A stretch of DNA of 60,576 nt, the filler included, from Sluysia triapertura (taxonomy: Eukaryota), in the NCBI GenBank assembly GCA_046118255.1. It is 4 parts of 4 records of this genome, joined end to end, with 100 filler letters (N's around TTAATTAATTAA, not from the genome) between each part and the next. Parts side by side here need not be neighbours in the genome. Positions count along the whole stretch, not along the records: positions 1 to 18,687 come from JBJNIA010130848.1; positions 18,788 to 31,747 come from JBJNIA010068953.1; 2 more parts are not named here. One strand, written 5' to 3'. The notes under the pieces are model-generated. The model worked only from the letters and a program-made list of their open reading frames with translations, ran no database searches and had not been told where the DNA came from. The number at the start of each line of letters is the position of its first letter. The first letter of the stretch is position 1. Both the position numbers and the translations under genes were made by a program. Positions 13,154 to 24,320 of this stretch are shown here, piece after piece.

Positions 13154-14780
13154 TCATGTGAAGGTGACTATCCAATCTGAATCAGAAATACCAGCCACAG
13201 CACATCCACCACTAGTTGTATTCATACATATATCCATATTCTGAACTGGCATCTGTTGCAAATTACTAGTCTGACACGAAGAAGTATGTCTTAATTCTGA
13301 AGCTACTGAGGTACTGCTTCCTCCACTACCAGTTACATTCAACATATAGGCAGTATCAGATTGTTGAGATCTGGAACTACTACTTGCAGTACCCCGTTTA
13401 AACTGTGTTGGAAGTGATGACTGACGACTACCTATATATTCTGGTTACAAATCCAGGTTAGTTAAAGAATCCACATATACGGTACCTGCATATGGACTAA
13501 GTTGAAATAGATGGTAAAGAACTATAGTAAAATATATTCATCAGCAACAATTATGAAATATCAAATACAAATCTCAAAACGAACACAAAAATATTAACTA
13601 TATGCACAAAGTAAACAAATTAATCTTAATAAATATAAATAATATAAATATAAATAATAAATATAAATAATTTTCTCTTATTTAGCGAAATCTTAATTTT
13701 ATTAATGTCTTTATCGATTTTATCAAAATAATCATTAAAACTATTTAAACTCTCTGAATTGGCAACAATAAATGTTCCTTTTTTGAGCATTATTGGAATC
13801 ATTTTCATCATAACTTTCTGTTAAGAATTCTTCTAAACTAGTATAATTGACTGAATAATTATTAATATGAATTTTTAGTTCTTTTTTATATAATCATATG
13901 ATTTTACAATCTGTTAAATTTTTGTAATATCTTTAATCGATGTATCGTATTTGACTGTCATTGTCATCGTCGTGTCACTTTTTCAACTTTATGTATTTTA
14001 AAATTCAAAAGATTATTAAAGTTTTTTTTCTTTTACTGAACCGTATTTTGATTTTCTTTCAGAGCATAATTCATCAGTAAAATTTATATTTTCCATTCAA
14101 TATTTAAACAAGATTCAATTCTTTTTCGGTCATTCGCAAAATGTCCTCTGATGCATCACATCCTGTGCCGTAGATTCTAAGAAAAACACAGTGATAGGAC
14201 ATGTGGAATTGCTCCATGCATAATATGTGTTAGATCAGTTGCTGCCGCTGACAAAGTATATAACTGTGTAGCAGTTGTGACTGGAACTGCAGCATTTTTT
14301 CCATTTTTGAAACTGATAAACAAAGGGTTAACATTAGTGTCCCTTTGATTTAACTTAGGAAATTTTATCAAGAAACTACATCATTGGCATCTAGTGGCAT
14401 CATAAAAATATTAAAAAATAATTATTAATAAAATGATTAATATAGTCAAACTTTTTTATTTTTCTGAACAAAATAAATATCATCTTTTAATGATATCATA
14501 TTTAATATCGTCTGTCTGACCATTATATTTTGCCAATATCAACCTGAACTTTACTTTTATATTCATTTGGAGAAGCAATTCCACTATCTGTACTTAGAGC
14601 TTGTTCTAGTACAGGAATCATAATTTCAAATACATTTAAAATACAAACTATGAATTTTAAAATAAAACCAAGAGGTTTTATATCAAATTTTACTAAACAA
14701 TTTTCATAATCAAAAAGGAAGTTCGTCATTATTTGTTAATTACTATCGCTCATATTGAATTTTGCTACTACTACGAACAT
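13154..14780 (-). pseudogene. Protocadherin/cadherin-like relic
   Basis: Fragments FDYE...TDSGIASP..KVQVDI (14523-14729), LDAND (~14380), TLSAAATD, LFQLSPYAGTVYV..LD (~13455-13520), and Ser-rich tail ending GCAVAGISDSDW, resembling the delta-protocadherin CM2 motif (C..EC...GHSD.CW). Internal stops present. Confidence 0.5.
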
Positions 14781-15739
14781 TTGTGTAAACATTTAAAATA
14801 GTAAAGATAATTATTATTTTTGATTTAATTTTAAATCTAAGTATAATATTTTAACAATATTTTAACTGAAGTAACATAATTAAATCAAAATATATTTAAA
14901 AATTCATTTAGTTTTTAGAAAAATTTTCCAGTTTTTCAACGTTTCTGTCAATAATATTAATAACAATGATAATAATAATTGTAATATAATATATAATATT
15001 AATAATAATTTTAATAACATTATAAACTGTTAAATGTATAAAACACTGATAAAAAAATATAAATTGAAATAAATAATATAATATAATAGGTACAATTGAT
15101 ATGTATGTAGAAAAAAGACTAACATGGAACTGTGCATTTAAAGTTTCTACTAGACTAATTATATATTAATTAATTTAATGCTAGTTTATTATAATTCTTG
15201 ATTTAGTGTTATAAATGTAATAACAATAATAATTATTATTATTACTATCATAATTATAATAATAATAAAATAAAAAGGAGTACTTATTTTGCAGTAAATA
15301 TTAAAAAAATTAAAATAAAAATAATTATGCATAATAAAAATAACAGTATTAATTAATAAAAATAATAATAGCAAATAAAAACCTAATAAAAGTATTAAAT
15401 AATAATAAAATTAATAATAAGAAATATTATTAATAATTAATATCAATAATAACAATTTCATAATAATAATAATATTATAATAGTAATAATAACACAAATT
15501 TTGATATTAATAATAACAATTAAATATGATAATAATAATCAAACAATTATAAAAATGAATAGTTTATGTGAGATATTTAATATTATAAAATATTTAAGAA
15601 AAGGTAAAGTTCTCTCAGTTTCAGAACTAATATAGTGAATGACTTATTTTAATCTTTTTTGAGTAATCCTTTTTATAAATAAATCTATAACATGTAAATA
15701 TTACAATTTAGGATGTTAAACTCTTTGAAACGAATGAAC

Positions 15740-15890
15740 TTATATTGTGTCCATTTCAAAAATCCTAATACAAACATTAATACGCTGCAATACCCATTCA
15801 GATATTAGAAAAAAATATTTTACCAATAGAACAGTTTACCAATAGTTCACCAATTAACAAAATAAGGTTTATCTCAAGTATAAATTAATC
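15740..15890 (+). mobile_element. CR1/L2-type LINE 3' fragment
   Basis: IRCNTHSDIRKKYFTNRTV resembles the CR1 ORF2 C-terminal R..FFS.RV motif. Confidence 0.35.
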
Positions 15891-16223
15891 AAAAAATGTT
15901 CAGAAGATATCTACAATAAAAATACTATTAATGTTGTTCACCCAGTTATAAAATAAATCATAAAGCGTAACTTATAAATAATAAATCATAAACTATAGAC
16001 TGTAAACCATTACTTATAAACTATAAATCATAAATCGTAAATTGTAGATTAAAGCATAATCAAAAGCTAAAAATTATAAAGTATACACTACAAATTATAT
16101 ATTATAAGTTATAAATTATAAATCTTGTAATAATTCTTTTATAAAAATTTTTCATAAGATAAACAAGAAGAAAAATAGAAAAGAAATATTAATGCTATTA
16201 ATTAATAATGTAAACTGTAAAAT

Positions 16224-17266
16224 TTAAACGTAAGACTCTATTACATAATTGGCATTATCGTTTACAAGAATATCACAATTTGCATAAATATTATCGTGAT
16301 CCTCAACAGTCTTAGCAAACTCATCTAACCACAGTAATTCCTTTTCGATACTATTAAACGTATAAAATTTTGTAGCAGGTATCAGTAACGCGTATGCCGG
16401 TTTACACTGCCTCGTAATATCTCTTTCGAATCTATTTTTAAAACTACAATTATAAAACAAAATAATCCCTAACATTATCAATACTCCTATTGCCATAATT
16501 AATATGTAGTCCTATAACTGTGGTTGTAAAATTATGCTTGTAGTAAATCGTTGCATGGACTTTTGAGTAATTCATATAAGTTATATTTACTACTGACTTT
16601 ATAAAAATTTTTGATGTATAATAAATTTTATTTGACCATTTACTACATTATTTTGACGATAGATAATTTTTATATCGTGTTACACTTACGATTTTGAACC
16701 AAATGATTAACATTGTAACTTATTTTAGCTTTTAAATATTTTGTATCTTTATAAAAAGAATATATTGTTAGTGGAATTATTTCAATGTCAATTATTTGGT
16801 TCATATCCTGGTAGACAAATATGACTTCAGTAAAGTAATGAACTTCTTGTCCATGTTTCAGTTTATAATAATATGTAGTGTAAATACTACGCCAACTTAT
16901 ATATAAATGTGTTTCATTAAAATTGTTAATTTCTATATATGTAAGTACTTGCAAAACAGGATACATTTCTTGGTTAGTTTTTAATGCTTTATTTCCTACT
17001 TTTATAACAACTATATAATTGGTGTCGGGATTTAAATTAATACATAAAAATAAGTTTTCATTTTCATTATATGTTGCATGATACATTTCATATTCATTTT
17101 GGCATGTTACTTTATAAAGATAATCATTATCAATAACAAATTTAGGTTTGATTTTTATGTGGGATATTTTAGAATCAAACGCCCAGTCTTCAATATGAGT
17201 GCCATCCCTTGCCCAAGTCATCATAATACATATGCAAATTATTAAGTATGTAATCAATTTAGACAC
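16224..17266 (-). pseudogene. Signal peptide + FN3-like ectodomain + transmembrane protein in the env position of a gypsy element
   Basis: KLITYLIICICIMMTWA signal-like stretch; FN3 signatures NLNPDTNYIVVIK and NETHLYISWRSIYTTYYYKL; after a disrupted linker, TM DYILIMAIGVLIMLGIILFY and a ~75-aa tail (ORFs 16670-17266 and 16224-16496). Confidence 0.6.
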
Positions 17267-18116
17267 ATTAGGTGTTTTTAAGGTATAATTACTTGCTTCG
17301 TTTTTATGAATTTCTCCAAAATTATTAGGTGGATTATTTCTTAAAGTATAAGGATTATTTATTTGAAATTTTTTACACCTATTTTTATGAACTATTTTTA
17401 TGGACTATAGATTCACATTTTTTCTTTCTATATAATTTTATTTTCAGATTCTGCTGGTGGTATCTTCAACGATATAATGACCATCATAAGGTTTGTAGAA
17501 TTTATTACTTAGACCTTTTTTATGTAAGGAGTATACAATAATATTAAATCACCCTTTTTAAATTCTGTTGGATTAACCTTACTATCATAGTATTGTTTAT
17601 AAGACTCCTTGTAAAACTTTACATTCAATTTAGATCTTGACCATACTTCTTTCATTCTTTATTTCATTATCTGTAAATAATTGTCTTTTCTAAATATTTT
17701 GATGAATTAGGTATTAAGGACAAATCCACAGGTAATCTGGTTTCTCGAAGGTACATTATTAAAATGGTGTTTCTTTAGTAGCTTTATGTACTACATTGCG
17801 GTATGCAAATAAACAAGGTGCATTGAATTCATCCCAATCATTTTGGAGATCATTATTATATGCAGATAGCATTCGTATTAATGTGCGATTAAATCTTTCA
17901 ACTAAACCATCGCTTTGTGGACGGTAAGCAGATGTTGTCTTATTAATGTGGAAAAAGTTACGTACTTCTACCATTATTTCATTAGTAAAATTAGTGCCTT
18001 GATCAGTAATTAATTTTTTGGCGGACCATATCTAAAAATAATTTCTTCTATAAAAATTTTGCTATTGTTGATTCTCTTTGATTCTCTTTTGCTTCAGGCC
18101 ATTAAGTAAAATTATC
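17267..18116 (-). pseudogene. pol: Ty3/gypsy integrase core and C-terminal GPY/F region
   Basis: DNFT*WPEA...EEIIFRYGPP..LITDQGTNF, TTSAYRPQSDGLVERFNRTL..ML..DWD....LFAYR...H.ATKETPF (17759-17974), KQYYD...FKKGDLILL, KFYKPYDGHY (GPY/F), IVHKNRCK. Confidence 0.9.
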
Positions 18117-18174
18117 TGATGGTTTACTAAATTAGCAGAATTTGATTAACAAAAATATATACTACTTATACTAA

Positions 18175-18440
18175 AGTAGTATAAGTAAATTTTCATTATA
18201 TAAGAATAGATAGCCAAAATACATTTAAAGAAGATTATAAAGCTAAATTGACTTTATTTGATTATTTTAAAGATTATATGACCCTTTTAGCTTGAGAAAT
18301 GCGCCCTTTGACATTACCAGAAATGCACGAATTTAATGGAGTAGAGGAGGATCTCTGCGATTTCCTTTATGAATATGATAGTATTGCCGAAGCCAATGGA
18401 TGGAACAAAATAGAAAAAATTAAAAGAATACAAAATTTAA
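18175..18440 (+). mobile_element. gag: Second copy of the gag 5' end (paralog of ~875-1125)
   Basis: Colinear similarity with 875-1125 (agtaaattttcattatataagaat, tataaagctaaattga, gattattttaaagattatatg, cgaagccaatggatggaac); encodes EFNGVEEDLCDFLYEYDSIAEANGWNKIEK. Confidence 0.8.
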
Positions 18441-18606
18441 TGGTCAATAATTGACCTCCATTACTTCCATTTAACGCTTAGTTGACATTTACGAGTTGGC
18501 CCTTAATTGAGTGAAACCAATATCGTAATGGACTCACAAATTTGCAAAACACAAATAAAAGCAAAGTTATTTTCAACATTATTATTATTATTATTTATTG
18601 TTGTTG

Positions 18607-18648
<42 letters not shown>

Positions 18649-18687
18649 TATTAAAAGCTATTATTTTAATTATTAATATTAATTATT

Positions 18688-18787
18688 NNNNNNNNNNNNN
18701 NNNNNNNNNNNNNNNNNNNNNNNNNNNNNNNTTAATTAATTAANNNNNNNNNNNNNNNNNNNNNNNNNNNNNNNNNNNNNNNNNNNN
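18688..18787. other. Artificial contig spacer
   Basis: 44 N + TTAATTAATTAA (stops in all six frames) + 44 N. Confidence 0.95.
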
Positions 18788-18864
18788 TGTGGGTTTGTTG
18801 GGGGCGCTAAGTAATATTTATTCTGAAAAGGGGGCGGTATGACCGAAAAGTTTGGGAATCACTG
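18788..18864. mobile_element. hAT transposon terminus at contig edge
   Basis: Ends aaaagtttgggaatcactg, the reverse complement of CAGTGATTCCCAAACTTTT, a classic hAT/Charlie TIR; G-rich subterminal motifs. Confidence 0.7.
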
Positions 18865-19664
18865 TATTAGGCTAAAGTACTCACATCCTATTTGAGGAAA
18901 TTCAGCAATAATAAAAATAATAAAATAATTATAAGTTGTAACATATTTTAAAATATAAATAAAAAATTAATATTATTTTCAAATAACTACTTACAAAAGT
19001 ACTGAAGTTAAAACCAATTTTATTTTAACATGGCTAGTTGTGTCTTAGTTTCATCAATTGATTATTCATTCATTTTTACGATTTAATCAATCTTGAATTT
19101 ATATTATTCTCTAAATGTAAACCTAAATTTTGCATTGAAAATACTGATGATTTGGTGTAAATTAATATTACACTTTAAAATTCAATATTAACATTAAATG
19201 GTGACTACTAGATATAGATGACTCTCTATTAAAACAAATATTAATTTACGATATCATAAAATTTTTTGACAATTAGTTATTAGTTGGGTACAGATAGGAA
19301 GTTTGGAGTTAAATTAAATTCACATATTCGTAGTTAATAGTTACAGGCATAGTTATACTTATAGTAAGTTGTGAATCTTATTAAAAAACCACAGAAAATT
19401 TGAGCTCAAATTGGGACAACATAAATTGACATTACATATTGAATTATTAAGTTGAATGTATTTTAACAAGACATATTGACAGATATATTGATGATTGATA
19501 TTAGTTTTTGTAATATTGATAAATTGAGTTATTATGATACATTTAAGTTCACGATTTTCATTTTGAGATGAGTTATGCTTTTAAGTTAAAATATTAAATT
19601 AAGTTCTTTCTGATATCATAAAAGTTTTAATTTCGAAGATTTGAGTTTCACCTTATTGCTATAT

Positions 19665-19854
19665 TAGAGTGACCATTTTCTTGCGAAGCACGCGTAAAAT
19701 TTACTTGTGTGATTGATTCTGATGATATGTTTCGTGTCTACATACATAAGCGTACGTGCGTTCATATAGCCATGTATGCAGAGACGCGCGAATAAAGTAT
19801 AATCGAATATTATATATCTAATTCGGGATATTTTTCTGGACGGATGGCCACCTT
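19665..19854. mobile_element. Short hAT-like MITE
   Basis: Left end tagagtgaccat and right end atggccacctt approximate the TAGGGTGACCAT hAT TIR; interior is CpG-rich relative to flanks. Confidence 0.4.
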
Positions 19855-20537
19855 CTTTAAACAAGTGTAACTCTACTTATTAAGAGCATATTTTTGTGTG
19901 ATACGTTTTTTTAAAGTGTAACCAGTTTATAGATACGTGTCATGTACTTTATTATTACATTTTGTATAATATTCTTTGAATTCATAAAAGAGAACTTTAA
20001 CTGAAATTTATTTAATTTTATATAGATATACTAAAGAAGAATAGAATATTATACTAGGCTGATGAAAAAACAACTGAACGTTAATCAATACATAAATCAA
20101 AAACATAAAAGAGAAAATTTGTTCAAAAATATTTATGTAATTTAATATATTTTCCATGACAAACAAATAAGTTGCATGTTAAAAATACATTTTTGAAATT
20201 TATTTTTGTCAGCAGTATGACGTGGAATTTAAGACAATTGCTTTGATTTATTTTGGTTAAATTAATCAATTATGAACACTGCACTGTGATCAGTTAATGA
20301 AACAAAATCAGAGTCTTTTTTCAATTCATTATCTATTGATTTCTTATTTAAATCAAATTCAGACCAAGTTGCTGATAAACAATCATTTTTATCACCGGTA
20401 TTCGAAGTTTTATGAAACTTATCCGTATTTAGTGAATCTTTAGAATAAGTTTTTACAAAAATAACCCGAATGCGGGGTTTTTAGTTTTGTTTTATCACGA
20501 TTATATAATCGTTGTAATAACGAATGTGATGTTGATT

Positions 20538-21389
20538 TTAATTTTCTAGTAGTATTTTTCGTTTTTTGTATTGTATTTGATGTATTTGTCTGCTGATACA
20601 ATTTAATGAGCCAAAAACGTTTTTGTTTTCATTCAATTCACAAAAATGAATTGGACTTGTTGCAACAGCTCTATGGGTTTTATTAGCAACTAATCCAACA
20701 TTACTATTCACATTAATCTGTTCCAAATGTGAAGTTGAAACTTCGTTAATAGTAGAATTTAAAAATGAAGGATATATAATTGAGTTAGCTCTTGAAGATT
20801 TAGTATCAATTGGTAAAGTTTCATCATTCGATTCTAATGAAATATTGCTTCGAAATTCATGACAAAATCGATTCATTTTAATTTCACTAATATAATTCCT
20901 AACAAAATTAGTCAAAAAATTCTTAATTTCAATATGTAAAACCACTTTTTGTAATTTTTTTGAATATTTAGTTAATAAAACATCTGATTCAAAAGAATTT
21001 ACTAATTCATAAGTGTAAAAATTACAATAAGTTTTTTTATAATGCAAATGCTGATCCTCCGTTAGTGGTTTTGGCGATTGTGATAAAGGTAAAATAGGAA
21101 ATGATGTTGATTCACAATCAACTGATTTAGCGAAATTAGTATTTACTTGAATTGGATCAATAGTTTCAAACTCATTATACATTCTTGAAGTATTATCAAA
21201 ATGATTTAATGATATATTGTCATTAATCTCAGTATCCGTTGTTTCATTATTAGAGTCACTATTAGGTTTTATGCAATCATAATTCAACTTTACGTCCGAC
21301 AAGTCATCATTAATTAACATTACTGTTATCCGGGAATCATTTGTTTCATTATTATCCATTGAATTATAATTATTATTCATTTTATACAC
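20538..21389 (-). CDS. Unknown Asn/Ser-rich protein (exon or pseudogene)
   Basis: Longest ORF in the window (283 aa). Coding-like sequence continues in another frame to ~20260 (KTYSKDSLNTDKFHKTSNTGDKNDCLSATWSEFDL...). No domain recognised. Confidence 0.5.
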   Translation of the reverse strand: MYKMNNNYNSMDNNETNDSRITVMLINDDLSDVKLNYDCIKPNSDSNNETTDTEINDNISLNHFDNTSRMYNEFETIDPIQVNTNFAKSVDCESTSFPILPLSQSPKPLTEDQHLHYKKTYCNFYTYELVNSFESDVLLTKYSKKLQKVVLHIEIKNFLTNFVRNYISEIKMNRFCHEFRSNISLESNDETLPIDTKSSRANSIIYPSFLNSTINEVSTSHLEQINVNSNVGLVANKTHRAVATSPIHFCELNENKNVFGSLNCISRQIHQIQYKKRKILLEN

Positions 21390-22558
21390 AATACTGAATT
21401 AAGTTTTATTGTTATCAACAAAATGATTAGTTTTTAAACGAAAAACCATAACTTATTGATTATTTAAAATATTTTTTAATAAATTAATTTTCATGAAATA
21501 AAGAAAATAAAATTTTAGTTTTCTATTTTTACTCTCTCCGTCTAGAAATAAGTATTCGATTTCGATTTTTTTGTTCCGTCCTAAAAAAAGTGTTCAACTT
21601 CCTTAAAAATTAATATTTTTTGAAAAATCAAAATAAATCGTCCAAAATTAAAACTTTTATTGAAACTTAACTACAAATACCGTTTCTAAGAAATTTTTAG
21701 AAGTTTTTTGAGTCATTTAAACTGAACTGATGAAGTCTTGATTCATTCATTGTGGTGAGTTCAACTCCAAAACAACGATCAAACGTATCAATAATTTAAT
21801 ACAGAAATCAAAGCACAAGTAACAACATATCTTAACACAAATTTCTGTACTTACGCAGCTAAACAATTTATTTCACACGAATTTTATTCAACTTTTCTTT
21901 ATATTACAAACTAAAGACTCTTGATTACATTTCATATTTTAGCAACCTCAGTAACATTAAACTTCAAAACACCTCCAACATAGATTCATCAAATTACAAT
22001 GATAAATTCATATTGTTTTTATTTTAAAAGTTCTAATAATAATAATTTTTGTTTTCATTAAATTCATTTTTAGTAATTTTAATATTTAACCAGTATAAAT
22101 ATAACAAACAAACACTGTCATCTTATTAATGCTTTTGCAAAGTTAGTATTTAATTATCAATAGTAAAATTTTCTCATGTATTATAATTACAGCATTTTAT
22201 TGCTACTGTTAAAAACAAAAAAGATGAAAGCTTGTAAACACATAGTTTTTCAATATTTGCGTTTTGTTATCGAAATGCGAAAATTTGTTACAGTAAGAAA
22301 TCTATATCATGTAGAGATTTTATACACTGATTGTCATAAAATCTAGAAAAAAAATAAATTCAACATCCTTGTTTGGAAATTTAGTTTGTTATATTAAGTT
22401 AACCTTAAAATTGACATTTAAAAATACAAAATATTGATTATAACATTTTTCATTATTTAAAAATATCTGTATTTTAAAAATATATTCTCTACATTTTTAT
22501 CGATGTACTAATTTTTAAATTTCGATACTTGTTTAATTTTCTTAATCATTTTATTCAT

Positions 22559-23408
22559 ATGATAATGAAAAAAATACTTGAATTAACTGAAAAATTGGAA
22601 AATGCAATTGCAAACAAAAAGTTAGCGGAAGCTAAGAAATTGGTTAAGGAGTTATCAGGAATAAAATTGCCTGTTACTGTCACAGAAGTTAAGGAAAGTA
22701 AAGAACGAAGAGCTAAGTATAATTTTAATTTGAAAAATATATTTTGTTTAGAGTTAAGGTTTATGTATATGACTGTGATAAAAGAGAAATGGATTTGGAT
22801 ATAGAAATTAGTACTGAAGATACATTTTTAGATGTAAAGAAATCGGTATGTTTTTTACGTTTTAATTAACTATGAAATAGTGAAACTTATTTTATTATTG
22901 TTTTTTCAATTTATTATTATGATTGGGAGTTAAACTTCAGAATTTAAGCCAACATTGTTTTCTCTATGATAATTATACATAGATAACTGTTTATGTAAAT
23001 ATAACAGTTGCTGATCTTAGAAGGATTCTGAATTAAGAAGGGTGTTTTCTGTTTGTGCAATAGAGATTTAATATTCTGCATTGAAGGATTTGAGAATAGG
23101 TAACTTAGTAAATAAGTCTAGAGCATTCTCTTAATTTGAGTGTCAATCTAAATTAATAATATTGTATATTATTAAATGTTATTACAATGGCAGCTATGAT
23201 AAATTACTTAATATTAAATTAAAATGATTATAATTTGTAAGATTTCTCTTTGCAGTTATTCAATATTATCTTGTATAAAAGTAAAAATTCCTAAAGAAAT
23301 AATTACTTCAGCAGACAAATGTGCATCTAAGGCAAAACTTACCGTAACTATCAAGAATAATAAAGTAGAACATGATCTATTTTTCATATATCTGTTTTAT
23401 CTATTAGG
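22559..23408 (+). CDS. SHARPIN/HOIL-1(RBCK1)-like LTM + UBL protein, 5' exons
   Basis: Exon 1 22559-22716 (LTEKLENAIANKKLAEAKKLVKELSGIKLPVTV, LUBAC-tethering-motif-like). GT-AG intron 22717-22751 (35 nt) preserves frame. Exon 2 22752-22845 (KVKVYVYDCD...LDIEISTEDTFLDVKKS) then gtatg donor. Putative exon 3 from ~23242 (KIPKEII...KCA...TIKNNKVEHDLFFIYL) matches the second half of the UBL. Confidence 0.55.
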
Positions 23409-23595
23409 TTTACGTTATCAAGGTGTAGATTTTCTTAAACTCTTCATTTTAATAATGTTTTGATATTTTGAATTTTTGGTAGATTTTGGACATGTAAGGT
23501 ATTGATGCTATGTAAGTTTTTTTTGCGAACAGAATTTTAGAGAATAAAATTTGTTTCAAGTTATATCTCTTTTAATGCATTTCATATGCTTTATT

Positions 23596-24320
23596 TTAAC
23601 CCATTAAGTACCAATTTTTTTTATTAGTTTACAAAAGCGCGAAATAGTGTGTTTATTCGTATCCAAAATCAGAACTGAAAATATTTCACTAAAAAAATTG
23701 CAAAAAATAAAAAGACAACGGTTTTCTTTGACATGCAATTTAATCGATATTTTGGAACACTGATAAGTTATAATTTACTTTATATTCTAATAATACAATA
23801 CGAGAAGATATGTATTGCATTATGAAATTCAACTCCCTAGATTCCAATTATATTATTTTTTTCAATTATGCCTTGTATTATGAGATGGTTTTAGGCTTCC
23901 TGTTACGATAGTAAAATTTAAGAGTTCTGCAGTTTTTAATTTTAAATATCAAATCGTCAAGAATGAATTTTGCAAAAAATCGGCAACTTGGTTGATAACT
24001 TAAAATATAAGGAGTTTTTTCATTAAAGTATGCACCCATATTGTCTAAACACTTACCGTTTAAGCGATAGGTTGTTCAGGTCAGTTGCATAAAGACCTTG
24101 CGGACAAGAATCAATGAATTCCTAGAAGGCCAGTTTTACAACATTGTCAATTAAATTGTTTTCCTATTAAAAGTTGTCCAAATTGCGTAAGACGTGGTAG
24201 TTGTTGGTGGTTTACTAAAAGTATCATAACTCATAAAAACTTCTAAAAACTCAACATAAATTTCTGCAACTCTTCTGTTTATATCTTTCGCACGTTTGCA
24301 CACATTGTAAATATCAATTC
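23596..24320 (+). mobile_element. piggyBac-like relic
   Basis: TTAA-CCCATT terminus at 23596 and a degenerate Cys-rich C-terminal fragment (KSCPNCVRRGSCW..., FCNSSVY) at ~24170-24310. Confidence 0.35.

Noticed and set aside
17329-17541. Antisense/shadow ORFs (also 3550-3777, 7234-7431, 11898-12089, 33957-34154, 37858-38127, 45000-45218)
   Set aside because: Opposite-strand shadows of better-supported coding relics.
18688-18787. TTAATTAATTAA palindromes flanked by N runs (three occurrences)
   Set aside because: Identical 100-bp six-frame-stop linkers added when contigs were concatenated; not biological.
21530-21600. TACTCTCTCCGT Stowaway/mariner-like terminus
   Set aside because: Only one end seen; no matching TIR or transposase motif found.
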